A stretch of DNA of 64,000 nt from Abditibacterium sp. (GCA_965199495.1 CBDASK010000003.1:3808001-3872000), one strand, 5' to 3'; numbered from the stretch's first letter, positions 1-9,931 are shown. The notes: generated by a model from the letters alone, not told the origin. Numbers and translations are program-made.

Positions 1-2
1 CG

Positions 3-1322
3 CTTTTCGATGGTGAGGCCGACGAAACTCAGTCGCAGCAGGCGCGCGCGCATTTGTTGGTTTGCCCGGAGTGTTCGCGGGCGTGGCTCAATTGGACGCA
101 ATATCGCGCGACTCTGCAAAGCGAACCGGTGCCCGCGCCGCCGCCGACGTTTCTGTGGCGTCTGCTCATCGCCTACCGCGTCGCCGCTTTCGCGCATCCC
201 GCCCGTCATCGTGGGGCTTCACCGGCATTTTCGGCTCATGTCCTGCGCGACTTGGAAGCGCCCCTGCCCCCGCGCCTGACCCAGCATATTCTGGCTCAGA
301 CAACGCGCAAACCCAGCGCCCATGTCATGCTGACGCCGCTCACCGGCCCGGCTCCCGCGTCCAATGCGCGCCAAAATGCGCGCGCCGCGAAGTTTCGCCG
401 CTTTCCCCTGATGGCCGCGCCCGCACTGGCGTTGTGGATTTTGATGCTGGGCCGCACCGATTTGATCGCGACTTTGCCTGTGCTGCCGTCCGACGCGACG
501 ATATCGTTAGCGCCCTCAACCGATGCTCACGGCGCACCTGAAAATCACAGCAAAAGTCGCATTGAGTTCACTCCCGTTCCTGTTCTCTCCGCTCCATTTG
601 CCGAGCGCGACGCATCGCCACAATTTGCCGCCGTGTCGCTGGCCGCTCGTTTAAACGAGCGCGGCGAAGTGCAATCGCCTGATCGCGTTCCGGGTAATGT
701 GGCATCGCGCGTCGTCACAGCGATTCCGCCTTCGCGCCGCGCGCGCGACGCTGGGCAATCCGACGAAACGCTCAATCAAGCGCTGCTTTTGGCGATGAGC
801 GCCGGACGCAACGACATCGCGCGCGCGCAAAGCGTTCCCGCGCGGCCAATTGCACCAATTCGCGTTGTGGCGCCGGTCGAACCCGCGCCGGTGGCTGGAC
901 GTTCGCCAAGTGTTGAAGCGCCGATTCCCGCTCGTAAGGCGCGCAAAATCAACGTTCGCTCGGCGCCGCGCGCTAATTTCGTTTCCGAACCTTCCGCCGG
1001 TTTCGTCAGTTTGGCCGCGCTCACTTCGCCGATTGGCCCGGTTCGCACTTTTAGCGCCGCCCGCCTGCGTCCCGCCGTGTTCTCCGAAGATTCGACGATG
1101 CGTCCGCGCGTGTCTTATGCCAGCGCCGATGGTCGTCGTCTGGCTCGCCTGTCGCTCGACGAGAGCGAAGTTTCGTTGCGCGTTTCGCGCCCTAACGCGG
1201 ACGCGCCCACGTTGCGCACGTCGAATTTCGCGGGCGATAACGGCCCGCGCATCGAAGATTTGCGCTCAGCAGTGGACGATTTCCGCGCTTCGGTTTCCAA
1301 CGAACGTTTTGCCGACGAGTAG
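3..1322 (+). CDS. Putative zf-HC2 anti-sigma-factor-like membrane protein (5'-partial)
   Basis: Frame is open from the window start: LFDGEADETQSQQARAHLLVCPECSRAW has an HxxxCxxC zinc motif; one hydrophobic segment (PLMAAPALALWILML) followed by an Ala/Pro/Arg-rich tail. Confidence 0.6.
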   Translation, partial: LFDGEADETQSQQARAHLLVCPECSRAWLNWTQYRATLQSEPVPAPPPTFLWRLLIAYRVAAFAHPARHRGASPAFSAHVLRDLEAPLPPRLTQHILAQTTRKPSAHVMLTPLTGPAPASNARQNARAAKFRRFPLMAAPALALWILMLGRTDLIATLPVLPSDATISLAPSTDAHGAPENHSKSRIEFTPVPVLSAPFAERDASPQFAAVSLAARLNERGEVQSPDRVPGNVASRVVTAIPPSRRARDAGQSDETLNQALLLAMSAGRNDIARAQSVPARPIAPIRVVAPVEPAPVAGRSPSVEAPIPARKARKINVRSAPRANFVSEPSAGFVSLAALTSPIGPVRTFSAARLRPAVFSEDSTMRPRVSYASADGRRLARLSLDESEVSLRVSRPNADAPTLRTSNFAGDNGPRIEDLRSAVDDFRASVSNERFADE

Positions 1323-1357
1323 GAAGAGCGAATCGGGATAATGTCATCGAAGAACTT

Positions 1358-1508
1358 GCAAAAGTGCCAGCGAATGAATTCGCGGCTGGGAGGCTAAAGC
1401 CGGAAGTCCGCCTACGCGGACACGGAAATTTAACGGTTCTTCGTGTCCGCGTAGGCGGACTTCCGGCTTTAGCCTCCCAGCCGCGAATTCATTCGCTGGC
1501 ACTTTTGC
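1358..1508. repeat. Long perfect inverted repeat (67-bp arms, 17-nt loop), REPIN-like
   Basis: 1358-1424 is the reverse complement of 1442-1508; each arm contains internal palindromes (GCGAATGAATTCGC, GTCCGCCTACGCGGAC); lies between convergent genes. Confidence 0.9.
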
Positions 1509-1540
1509 TTTCGCGCTCGTTTTCGACTTTTGCAAGAGAT

Positions 1541-2335
1541 CTATCGGAAAACTTGCGCGACCCCTTTTGTTAGCGCGCCTATTTCTCCAAAATCGCGCGC
1601 GCTTTTCTCGTCGGAAATCGAACCTATCGAGCGCACACCCGCCGCGCCCGAAACGATAAAGGCTTCATCGGCTTCCCATAAATTTGGCATTTGCCACTGC
1701 CCTTCGCATACGGTAAATCGCTCGATGACAATCGCGCGCCCGACGCCGCGCAGACAGCCACTGGCCAAGCTGGGCGTGTAAAGCACGCCGCGCTTCGCCC
1801 AAAAAATCGAGGCGCGCGCGGTTTCGCAAACCAATTCGCTTTCGGTCAGTAACAAAGCCTCGTCGAATCCGCGCGTGCGCGCCGCGTCCCACGCGAAAAG
1901 ATAGGGCAAATACGAAGTCGTCTTCACGCCCGCCAACGGCGCGTTTGCCGCCACGCGAAACGGCGAAACTTCCAGTCGCGCGGGCGTTAGCGCGGGCGCG
2001 GGCGCCGTTTGTGCGACGATGCTCCAATCGGCGCTGCTTTGCGCGTTCCAGCGCCCATCGCCGCGCTTTGTTCCGGTAACGCGCGCCAGACCGTTTTTCA
2101 GTTCGAGCCGCGCCACAAGCTCGTCCAAACCCGCGCGCAAGTGGCCCGCGTCAAACGGCCACTCGACGCGAGCAGCCACGGCGTCGCGCTCCAAACGCGC
2201 GGCGTGCTGCTCCCAAAATTTCGGCTGGCCATCGCGAATCGCAATTGTCGTAAAAACGCCCCAGCCCACTGAGGCGCCCGCATTGGTCGCGTCCAGTTGG
2301 GCCATCGCAGTTAATTGGCCGTTGAACCAAATCAT
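1541..2335 (-). CDS. Class IV PLP-dependent aminotransferase / aminodeoxychorismate lyase family
   Basis: MIWFNG start, GxGVFTT, HxxRL, KTTSY catalytic Lys, GFDEALL, CLRGVGR, ADEAF motifs. Confidence 0.85.
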   Translation of the reverse strand: MIWFNGQLTAMAQLDATNAGASVGWGVFTTIAIRDGQPKFWEQHAARLERDAVAARVEWPFDAGHLRAGLDELVARLELKNGLARVTGTKRGDGRWNAQSSADWSIVAQTAPAPALTPARLEVSPFRVAANAPLAGVKTTSYLPYLFAWDAARTRGFDEALLLTESELVCETARASIFWAKRGVLYTPSLASGCLRGVGRAIVIERFTVCEGQWQMPNLWEADEAFIVSGAAGVRSIGSISDEKSARDFGEIGALTKGVAQVFR

Positions 2336-2364
2336 GTTCGCAAGTGTAAGGCTAAACTGATTTC

Positions 2365-3054
2365 ATGCTCGCGCGCTCGTCCGTTCTCATCACTGGCGGC
2401 ACCGGCGCGTTGGGGAGCGCCATCGTCGCCGATTTGTGCGCGGCCAATTATGCCGTCGTCGCCAACTATTATCACGATGAAACGCGCGCGCGCGAACTCG
2501 AAACGCGAACCGGTTGCCAACTCGCGCGCGCCGACGTGCGCGACGAAAACGCGGTGCAAACGCTTTTCGAGACGCACAAATTCGACGCGATTATTCACGC
2601 GGCGGGCCACAACCGCGATGCGCTTTTGCTGCGTACTTCCGCAACTCTATGGCGCGAGCAATTGCGCGCCAATCTCGATGCGGCGTTTCTCATCACGCGC
2701 GCCGCGCTGCAATTTTTGCCCGACGGCGGACGATTGATTTTGATTTCGTCGCGCGTGGGCGAGCGCGGCTTTGCTGGCCAAAGCGCCTACGCCGCCAGCA
2801 AAGGCGCGGTTACAGGTTTGATGCGCGCCGCCGCCGCCGAAGGTCGCGCGCGCGAATTGAAAATCAACGCGGTTTGTCCGGGCTTCGCGCCTTCGATGTT
2901 GTCGCGCGATTTAAACGAAAAAATTCGCGAATACCGCGCATCGGAAAATTTAATTTCCGGTGCCGATGCCGCGCAATCGTTGGCGGCGGCGTGCCGGTGG
3001 CTGCTCACGGCGCGCGTGAGCGGACAAGTGATTCGGGCGGATTGTCGGGTTTAG
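2365..3054 (+). CDS. Short-chain dehydrogenase/reductase (FabG-like)
   Basis: TGGTGALG Rossmann motif, YAASK catalytic motif, INAVCPG. Confidence 0.85.
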   Translation: MLARSSVLITGGTGALGSAIVADLCAANYAVVANYYHDETRARELETRTGCQLARADVRDENAVQTLFETHKFDAIIHAAGHNRDALLLRTSATLWREQLRANLDAAFLITRAALQFLPDGGRLILISSRVGERGFAGQSAYAASKGAVTGLMRAAAAEGRARELKINAVCPGFAPSMLSRDLNEKIREYRASENLISGADAAQSLAAACRWLLTARVSGQVIRADCRV

Positions 3055-3089
3055 AGGCTATTCAAATAGGAAATGAAAGTGTGCAGAAA

Positions 3090-3163
3090 GCGGGGCTGAC
3101 GCACCCTTCCAATCAGCATGCTTTGGAGGAACTTTGCTGATTGGAAGAGGGCGTCAGCCCCGC
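3090..3163. repeat. REP-like inverted repeat, GCGGGGCTGACGC family (copy 1)
   Basis: GCGGGGCTGACGC..CTTCCAATCAGCA / TGCTGATTGGAAG..GCGTCAGCCCCGC; second copy at 59029-59106. Confidence 0.85.
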
Positions 3164-3199
3164 AGGAAGACAGGAGCCGCTTCCCGATTTGGATAGCAT

Positions 3200-3952
3200 C
3201 TAATCCCGCAATCCCGGCCATTCGCGCCACAAATCGGTCAAACACTCCAGCCGATTTTCGTCGTGTTGCGGATGCTTGACGCGAAAGAACGTCGCGAAAC
3301 GCGGGCGCGCCGCGTAGTTACCAGCCACGCCGTGCAGCAATTGGTAATGCGCGATAACCGCGTCGCCCGCTTTGGCCTGAATTTGCAACGGCTCGCCCGC
3401 GTCAATGGGCGGTGTGCGGCCTTCATCGGTAATAATGTGCGTGCCATGCTCGCGGAAATAATCCTGCATTTTGAGGTGCGAACCGGGCCACACGGTAAAA
3501 TTGCCCGCGTTGTCGGCGTTGATGTCGGTCAGGAAAACGCCGATTAAAGCGCTAAACGAAGCGATTGCGCCTTTAGGAACGCCATTATGGGGCGAGTGAA
3601 CGCCGTCAATATGCGGCCCCGGCGGGTGGATTGGCGCGCCCAATTCGCGCGGAAAGCGCAACGCGAGTTGAGCCGATTTCGCGGGCGCGACGTTTTCGGC
3701 GCCCATCAAATCCTGTAAAACCGCGCGCAAATCCGACGCGTTAAACAGATCGGTAATCACCGATTGCCTTTGCAAATCGGGGAAAAACGATTGCTGTTGC
3801 CATGTGCGCAATTCTTCGGTGGGCACGCCCTGGCCCAGACGGTGATAAATGGCGTGCAGCGCGGTTTCGAGTTGGTCTGGCGCGATGGCGCCGGGCAAAT
3901 GAACGAATCCGTCGTGCTTAAAATCGGCTTTTTGAGTTGGGGTAAGGGGCAT
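3200..3952 (-). CDS. Phytanoyl-CoA dioxygenase (PhyH) family 2OG-Fe(II) oxygenase
   Basis: FKHDGFVHL, HID facial-triad motif, GNFTVWPGSH, AGDAVIAHYQLLHG; ATG at 3952 chosen as start. Confidence 0.85.
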   Translation of the reverse strand: MPLTPTQKADFKHDGFVHLPGAIAPDQLETALHAIYHRLGQGVPTEELRTWQQQSFFPDLQRQSVITDLFNASDLRAVLQDLMGAENVAPAKSAQLALRFPRELGAPIHPPGPHIDGVHSPHNGVPKGAIASFSALIGVFLTDINADNAGNFTVWPGSHLKMQDYFREHGTHIITDEGRTPPIDAGEPLQIQAKAGDAVIAHYQLLHGVAGNYAARPRFATFFRVKHPQHDENRLECLTDLWREWPGLRD

Positions 3953-4063
3953 TGGGGCGGCAAAGTGCGCGTTGTGTGCCGCAATATTTAAAATATCGAA
4001 ATTGTCGCGCCTCCCACTCCCGCGTTTTCTGTCAAAATTTAATAGTAGCACTTTCCCGTTCTT

Positions 4064-6571
4064 ATGCCTTCCGCCCGTTCCCGCGCTTCCGATTCCGATT
4101 CCGATTCCAAACCCAAGACCAAACGTGCGCCTCGTCGGCGCACGTCTCAGCCGAAAATTCCCGCTTTGCCGGTGATTCCCCTGCGCGGCATGGTCGCGTT
4201 TCCCTCGATGGTTCTGCCGCTTTTCATTGGTCGCGAATCTTCCATCAACGCCATTGAAACCAGCGCCAATGGCGACAAAATGTTGTTTTTGGTGACCCAG
4301 CGCGACGAAGAAAACGAAGACCCAAAACCCGAAGATTTATACGAGACCGGCATCGTCGCCGAGATTATGCAGTGGGTGAAACTGCCCGATGGCAACCTGC
4401 GCGTTATCGTCGAGGGCCGCGCGCGCGCGGTCGCCCAGAAATATACCGAGGGCGATTATTTGGCCGCCACAGTCGAGCCAGTCGAAGAAGCCACGGCGCC
4501 CGATTCGGCGCAGAGCGAGGCGTTGTCGCGCCGTCTGCGCGACGATTTCGAGAGCGCACTCAACCTGTCCAAGCGCATTCCGCCCGAAGCGATGAGCAAT
4601 ATCAGCGACGCCGATAACATCGGCGCGCTCGCCGATTTGGTGGTTTCGTATCTGGAAACCAGTGCGGAAGATCGCCAAAACGTTTTGGAACAGCGCGACG
4701 TTTTGCAGCGCGCGCAAACCGTTGTCGAACTGTTGCATCGCGAACTGCAAGTTCTGGAAATTGACCGCGAAATCGAAGCGCAGGTCAAAGAGGGCGTCGG
4801 CGATAACCAGCGCGAGTATTTTCTGCGCGAACGGTTGCGCACGATTCAGGACAAATTGAGCGAAACCGACCCAAACTACAAAGAGGGCGAAGGTTTGCGC
4901 GAACGCGTCGAGGCGGCGGGCATGCCCGCAGAAGCCAACGAAAAAGCGCTTTACGAACTGGAGCGTTTGGAGCGCATGCCGCCGATTGCGCCCGAAGTCG
5001 GCACGATTCGCAACTATATCGAATTGATGTGCGATCTGCCGTGGGACAACGCCTCGGAAGATATTCTGGATTTGAAACACGCGGCGGCGATTTTGGACGA
5101 AGACCATTACGCGCTGGGCAAAATCAAAGATCGGATTCTCGAATTCCTGGCAGTGCGCCAGTTGAACCCGACTTCGCGCGGGCCGATTTTGTGTTTTATG
5201 GGGCCGCCCGGCGTCGGCAAAACTTCGATTGGGAAATCGATCGCGCGCAGTCTGGGCCGCGAATTCATTCGCGTTTCGGTTGGCGGCATTCACGACGAAG
5301 CCGAAGTGCGCGGCCATCGCCGCACTTATATCGGCTCGATGCCGGGGCGTATTATTTCGGCGCTGCGCCGCGTGAAAGTCAAAAATCCGGTTTTCATGCT
5401 GGACGAAATTGACAAACTGGCCAGCGATTATCGCGGCGATCCTTCTTCCGCCCTGCTGGAAGCGCTCGACCCCGAACAGAATAACGCGTTCGCCGATCAT
5501 TATTTGGAAGTGCCGTTCGATCTGTCGCAGGTCATGTTTATCGCCACGGGCAATATGCTTGAACCGATTCAACCGGCTTTGCGCGACCGCATGGAAGTTT
5601 TGCAGTTTCCCGGTTATACCGATTCCGAAAAATTGCAGATCGCGACCGGATTTTTGATTCCCAAACAGGTCAAAGAAAACGGCATTTCCGATAAGAAAAT
5701 CGCTTTTGAAGACGACGGCATTCGCGAAGTGATTCGCGGTTACACGCGTGAGGCGGGGGTGCGCAATCTGGAGCGCGAACTGGGCAATATCGCGCGCAAA
5801 GTCGCGCGTCAGGTCGCCGAACATGAAAGCGGACGTTTCAAGAAAGTCAAAGTCAGCGATGCCAAAGTCAAAGAGTTTTTGGGGCCGCGCCATTTCAGCC
5901 GTGACCTGATTTTGCAAAAGGACGAGGTCGGCGTGGCTCAAGGTTTGGCGTGGACGGAAATGGGCGGCGAAGTTTTGCCCATCGAAGTTTTGCTCATTCC
6001 CGGCGCGGGCAACGCCAAGCAAACCGGCAATTTGGGCGCGGTCATGAAAGAATCGTGCGAAACCGCGATGACCTACGCGCGCGCGCACGCTTCGGAGTTG
6101 GGCATTCCGTCGGATTTCGCGGCGCGCCACGATGCGCACATTCACGTTCCATCGGGCGCCGTGCCCAAAGACGGGCCAAGTGCGGGCGTGGCGATTACGG
6201 TCGCGTTAGTCTCAGCGATGGCAGGTCGGGCGGCGCGCAAGGAAGTCGCGATGACCGGCGAAATTTCTTTGCGCGGCCACGTTTTGCCCATCGGTGGTCT
6301 GAAAGAAAAAGTCCTGGCCGCGCACCGCGTCGGCGCGACCGAAGTGATTTTGCCCGCCGAAAACGAGCGCGATTTGGAAGAACTCGCGCCCGAAGTTCGC
6401 GAAGCCTTAACTTTTCATGCCGTCGAACGGTTGGACGAGGCGATCAAATTGGCGCTGCATCCGATTAACGAAACCCGCGGAGTCGGCATTGATGTGGTCG
6501 AACCGTTATCGGACGCCGACAAAGAATTGGTCGAAATTTCGGAAAACGAATTGGAGCCACCGGTGATGTAA
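4064..6571 (+). CDS. lon: ATP-dependent Lon protease
   Basis: LPVIPLR N-domain, GPPGVGKTS Walker A, LDEIDK Walker B, PKDGPSAG catalytic Ser, TGEISLRG. Confidence 0.97.
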   Translation: MPSARSRASDSDSDSKPKTKRAPRRRTSQPKIPALPVIPLRGMVAFPSMVLPLFIGRESSINAIETSANGDKMLFLVTQRDEENEDPKPEDLYETGIVAEIMQWVKLPDGNLRVIVEGRARAVAQKYTEGDYLAATVEPVEEATAPDSAQSEALSRRLRDDFESALNLSKRIPPEAMSNISDADNIGALADLVVSYLETSAEDRQNVLEQRDVLQRAQTVVELLHRELQVLEIDREIEAQVKEGVGDNQREYFLRERLRTIQDKLSETDPNYKEGEGLRERVEAAGMPAEANEKALYELERLERMPPIAPEVGTIRNYIELMCDLPWDNASEDILDLKHAAAILDEDHYALGKIKDRILEFLAVRQLNPTSRGPILCFMGPPGVGKTSIGKSIARSLGREFIRVSVGGIHDEAEVRGHRRTYIGSMPGRIISALRRVKVKNPVFMLDEIDKLASDYRGDPSSALLEALDPEQNNAFADHYLEVPFDLSQVMFIATGNMLEPIQPALRDRMEVLQFPGYTDSEKLQIATGFLIPKQVKENGISDKKIAFEDDGIREVIRGYTREAGVRNLERELGNIARKVARQVAEHESGRFKKVKVSDAKVKEFLGPRHFSRDLILQKDEVGVAQGLAWTEMGGEVLPIEVLLIPGAGNAKQTGNLGAVMKESCETAMTYARAHASELGIPSDFAARHDAHIHVPSGAVPKDGPSAGVAITVALVSAMAGRAARKEVAMTGEISLRGHVLPIGGLKEKVLAAHRVGATEVILPAENERDLEELAPEVREALTFHAVERLDEAIKLALHPINETRGVGIDVVEPLSDADKELVEISENELEPPVM

Positions 6572-6601
6572 TCATCGTTTTGCACCCGTCATTTATAATT
6601 A

Positions 6602-7463
6602 ACCAATGGTGCGGGTGTGCGAAGGAGTCATCGGGACGGCAAACTTTGAGGTTGACCAAAACACCAAAGAGCCTCCCCGATGACCACAATTGATTTTACC
6701 ATTGCCCTGTTTTGCCGTGTCGATGATGGGTTATTCGACCAAGAGAAACACCCGTTTTCCCTGCTTCATCCCAGCGAAGTTGTGACACTGGCGATGCTGC
6801 AAGTGCTGCGCGGCGAAGGCAATCGCGCTTTTGATCGTTGGGTGCGGCGCGAGTTAGGCCCGCTCTTTCCCCGGCTGCCCGAACGCACACGCCTGTTCCG
6901 TTTGTTCGTCACTTATCAAGCACTCTGTCAACGTTTTCTGGCCACAGCCACGCTCTTTGGCGTGGTGGACTCCTACGGCATCGAGCTTGTGCATCCCTGG
7001 CGCGAGCGGCACACTCAGCGCGAGATTGCGCGCAAAGGCAAGAGTCTGCACCGTTGGATTGTTGGGGCCAAAATCTGCGTATTGACCGATAATCTGGGGC
7101 GCATCGTGGGCTTTCGCGTGGATGGGGCGGGCGTGCATGACAGCGCCTTTCACCCGCTCATCGAGTCGGTCAAAGAGCAGATGATCGTGTTTAGCGACGG
7201 AGGCTTCCACGCCCGTGGGGGCGACCCAGAAAACCTGAAGATCTGCCGCAAGGGGCAGTGGAACGACCGTATGATCGTCGAGACGCTCTTCTCTTTGTTC
7301 ACAACCGTCTTGAGGATGAAGAAGCTCGCCCATCGGTTGCTTGAACCGCTCAAAGCCCGATTGGCTTATACCTGCGCCGTCTGTAATATCTGCTTCGATT
7401 GGGACGGAAAAACCGAACTGCGTTTGGCCCAGTTTAAGCTCTAAAGACACCCGCACCATTGGT
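6602..7463 (+). mobile_element. IS982-family-like insertion sequence (862 bp)
   Basis: 17-bp terminal inverted repeats ACCAATGGTGCGGGTGT / ACACCCGCACCATTGGT; TAATTA direct repeat at 6596-6601 and 7464-7469; single DDE transposase. Confidence 0.85.
6680..7444 (+). CDS. DDE transposase (IS982-like)
   Basis: FCRVDD, LHPSEVVTL, FPRLPERTRLFR, VDS, SDGGF, RMIVETLFS; fills the IS. Confidence 0.85.
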   Translation: MTTIDFTIALFCRVDDGLFDQEKHPFSLLHPSEVVTLAMLQVLRGEGNRAFDRWVRRELGPLFPRLPERTRLFRLFVTYQALCQRFLATATLFGVVDSYGIELVHPWRERHTQREIARKGKSLHRWIVGAKICVLTDNLGRIVGFRVDGAGVHDSAFHPLIESVKEQMIVFSDGGFHARGGDPENLKICRKGQWNDRMIVETLFSLFTTVLRMKKLAHRLLEPLKARLAYTCAVCNICFDWDGKTELRLAQFKL

Positions 7464-7557
7464 TAATTAGACCTCTTGAATAAATCAAAATTGAGAGTCA
7501 ATACACGCCGACCAGCGCCGAATTCATTCGTGCGGCCAAATAGTTAAAATTTAATCC

Positions 7558-8157
7558 GTGCGTAAAATTGGTTTAATGGGCGGCACCTTCGACCCGATTC
7601 ACTTCGGCCATCTTTTCATCGCCGAGGCCGCGCGTGTGGCGTGCGACCTGGACGAAGTGATATTTTTTCCCAACAATTTGCCCGCGCACGCGCAGGGAAA
7701 AAGCGTGAATGCGAACGCGGAAACGCGATGGGAATTGATGTGTCTGGGCATCGCCGACAACCCGCATTTTCGCGGTTCACGCATTGAAATTGAGCGGCCC
7801 GGTAAATCGTTCGCGTTCGATACGATTGGACAATTTCAACGCGATTTGGGCGCCGATGTCGAACTCTATTTCATCATCGGCGCCGATTCGATGCGCGATT
7901 TGCTTACCTGGTATCGCGGCGCGGAATTGTTTGGGTTGTGTCGCTTCGTGGCAGCCACGCGGCCCGGCTTCGATGGTGCGGCGGCGATTGCGGCATTATC
8001 GGATTGGCAAAAATCGCGCGTTATCGCGCTCGAAGTGCCGGGTTTGCATATTTCTTCGACCGACTTGCGCGCGCGCGTGGCTGCGGGCGAAGCGGTGCGA
8101 TATTTGACACCTGAGCCTGTGCGCGAGCGTCTGGAAGAGTTAAACCCTTACCGATAG
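7558..8157 (+). CDS. nadD: Nicotinate-nucleotide adenylyltransferase
   Basis: GGTFDPIHFGH, YFIIGADS, ISSTDLR. Confidence 0.96.
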   Translation: MRKIGLMGGTFDPIHFGHLFIAEAARVACDLDEVIFFPNNLPAHAQGKSVNANAETRWELMCLGIADNPHFRGSRIEIERPGKSFAFDTIGQFQRDLGADVELYFIIGADSMRDLLTWYRGAELFGLCRFVAATRPGFDGAAAIAALSDWQKSRVIALEVPGLHISSTDLRARVAAGEAVRYLTPEPVRERLEELNPYR

Positions 8158-8241
8158 TTTGAAGGTCGCGCGCCCGAAAGACGGGGCGCCGGGAGTTATA
8201 GAGTTATAGAAATCACTTACCCCATCATTGAGGTCGCCGAT

Positions 8242-8628
8242 TTGGAGACGACCGAAGCCGGGCGCAAAACCGCCCTGCTGTGCCAAAGCGCCAACGAATT
8301 GAAGGCGCTCGATATTACCGTTTTGGACGTGCGCGGCCAAACCATCATCGCCGATTATTTCGTGTTGTGTTCGGGCACATCCTCGACGCATATCCAATCC
8401 ATCGCCGAACACGCGCGCGATGAAATGCGCGAAAACGGCTACCGCGCGCGCCCCGAAGGCGTGCCCGCGTCGTTCTGGGTCGTGCTCGATTATGGCGACG
8501 CCATTTTGCACGTTCTCAACGGAGACACGCGCGAATTCTACGATTTGGAGCGCTTGTGGGCCGAAGCGAAAATCGCGGGGTGGCCAGACTCCGAAACTTC
8601 TGTTATAATTGAATCCGAAAATGTTTGA
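8242..8628 (+). CDS. rsfS: Ribosome silencing factor (Iojap)
   Basis: KALDITVLDV, ADYFVLCSG, WVVLDYGD, REFYDLERLW; follows nadD. Confidence 0.95.
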   Translation: METTEAGRKTALLCQSANELKALDITVLDVRGQTIIADYFVLCSGTSSTHIQSIAEHARDEMRENGYRARPEGVPASFWVVLDYGDAILHVLNGDTREFYDLERLWAEAKIAGWPDSETSVIIESENV

Positions 8629-8916
8629 ACGCCTCCCCGTGAACGTCGCCAACCGCTCGCTTTGCGCCAGTTATTCTGCGCAGACGACGGTGCGTCTCAT
8701 GCCGATGCCGATTTGCTCTTTACGAGATAAATCGAGCATTTTGGCGTGGGATTTTGGCGGCGCTCATGCGGGACGGGTGCGCGGCAGGTATGGATTTCGA
8801 CATGGAAGGCCTTGTTCTTCAAGGCTCTCCTGCTTTTCTTCCACGCCCGGCCCGCTCGCCCAGTAACGCATTTTCAGTTGCGTCCACTGCGCACGCGCCG
8901 GGCGTTTTTGTTTTCC

Positions 8917-9025
8917 AGGGACAAGTAGCAAGGAGCAGGGAACAAGCGGCATGTCAAATTAGCAATTGTTGATGCGAACGCTCTTTCTCTATTTCCTTGT
9001 TCCCTGTCCCGTGATCCTTGTCCCT
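8917..9025. repeat. Inverted element with heptamer-tandem arms (AGGGACA-type), copy A
   Basis: AGGGACA AGTAGCA AGGAGCA GGGAACA AG ... CTTGTTCCCTGTCCCGTGATCCTTGTCCCT. Confidence 0.8.
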
Positions 9026-9033
9026 TCACTGCC

Positions 9034-9774
9034 ATGACACCAAACCAGACACTTCGCGCCAACACGGGCGCTCATGATTTGAATTCGTTGGCGGCGCAGG
9101 AAGAGGCGACCAAACATTTGATGGCGGCGCGTATGCGCGTGCGCAAGGGCGAGCGTGAGGCGGCTTACGGCGAAATCAAACGCGCGTTTGCCGCTCATCC
9201 CGGCGACCGCAACGCCATCGAGATGTTGGGCGATCTTTACCTCGAAGACGGCGAGACCGAAAAGGCTTTGACGCTCTATCAACGCGCGCTCAAAGCTCAT
9301 CCGAATGATGCGGTTTTCGAGGAAAAGCTGGCGATTTGCCGGTTGGACTTGGCCGAAATCGAGGCCGACCGCATCGCGAAAGACAGCGGCGATCCCCTCG
9401 CGATTTTGCAGGCGCAGGCCGATTTGGGGCAGCTTTACGAGCGCGTGCCGCATAAAGCGGTTTCGCTTTCGCTATTTTTGCCGGGCGCGGGCCAGTTTTA
9501 TAACGACGAAATCGAGAAGGGCGCGTTTTTTCTGGGCGCGGGGTTGTTAAGTTGCATCGGTTGGTTCTACCCGATGTGGACAGCGGCCTCCAAATTACCC
9601 AAGGCGCAAAGGCTTGATTTCGGGACGGCAATCAGTTCGCTGCACGGCGGTTGGAACGTGCTATTTTGGCTGATGCTGTTGACGTGGCTGGCGGCTTACG
9701 CCGGTAGTATGGTGGACGCGGGCAAAACGGCGGCGGCGTTCAACGTCAATCGCCGTAAAGCGTTGGGACTGTAG
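9034..9774 (+). CDS. TPR-repeat membrane protein
   Basis: TPR pattern (LGDLYLEDGETEKALTLYQRALKAHPND) followed by SLFLPGAGQFYN and transmembrane helices. Confidence 0.75.
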   Translation: MTPNQTLRANTGAHDLNSLAAQEEATKHLMAARMRVRKGEREAAYGEIKRAFAAHPGDRNAIEMLGDLYLEDGETEKALTLYQRALKAHPNDAVFEEKLAICRLDLAEIEADRIAKDSGDPLAILQAQADLGQLYERVPHKAVSLSLFLPGAGQFYNDEIEKGAFFLGAGLLSCIGWFYPMWTAASKLPKAQRLDFGTAISSLHGGWNVLFWLMLLTWLAAYAGSMVDAGKTAAAFNVNRRKALGL

Positions 9775-9931
9775 AGTTGTCTGATGTTACGCGTTTTCCC
9801 TGACTACAATTAAATTTTCCATCGGCCCCAAAGCCGTCGAAATATATTCCTGTGGCTTAATCGCCACGCCTCGGCCCAGCCGCAATTCTGTGGAAGTTGG
9901 CCGACACAATTTGAGACGGAGAGGCATTCTA

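Noticed and set aside
1344..1573. Two short ORFs on opposite strands with nearly identical translations
   Set aside because: Artefact of the 151-bp perfect inverted repeat.
4088..4108. TCCGAT tandem repeat at the start of lon
   Set aside because: Short in-frame Ser-Asp low-complexity N-terminal tail; no frameshift potential.
4337..6145. 602-aa antisense ORF, and similar long antisense ORFs over secA, smc, catalase and hslU
   Set aside because: Shadow frames of high-GC genes with strong codon bias; no recognisable motifs.
8785..8805. GGATTTCGAC resembling the tmRNA 5' end
   Set aside because: No GGGG acceptor start, T-arm/CCA 3' end or tag ORF was found nearby.
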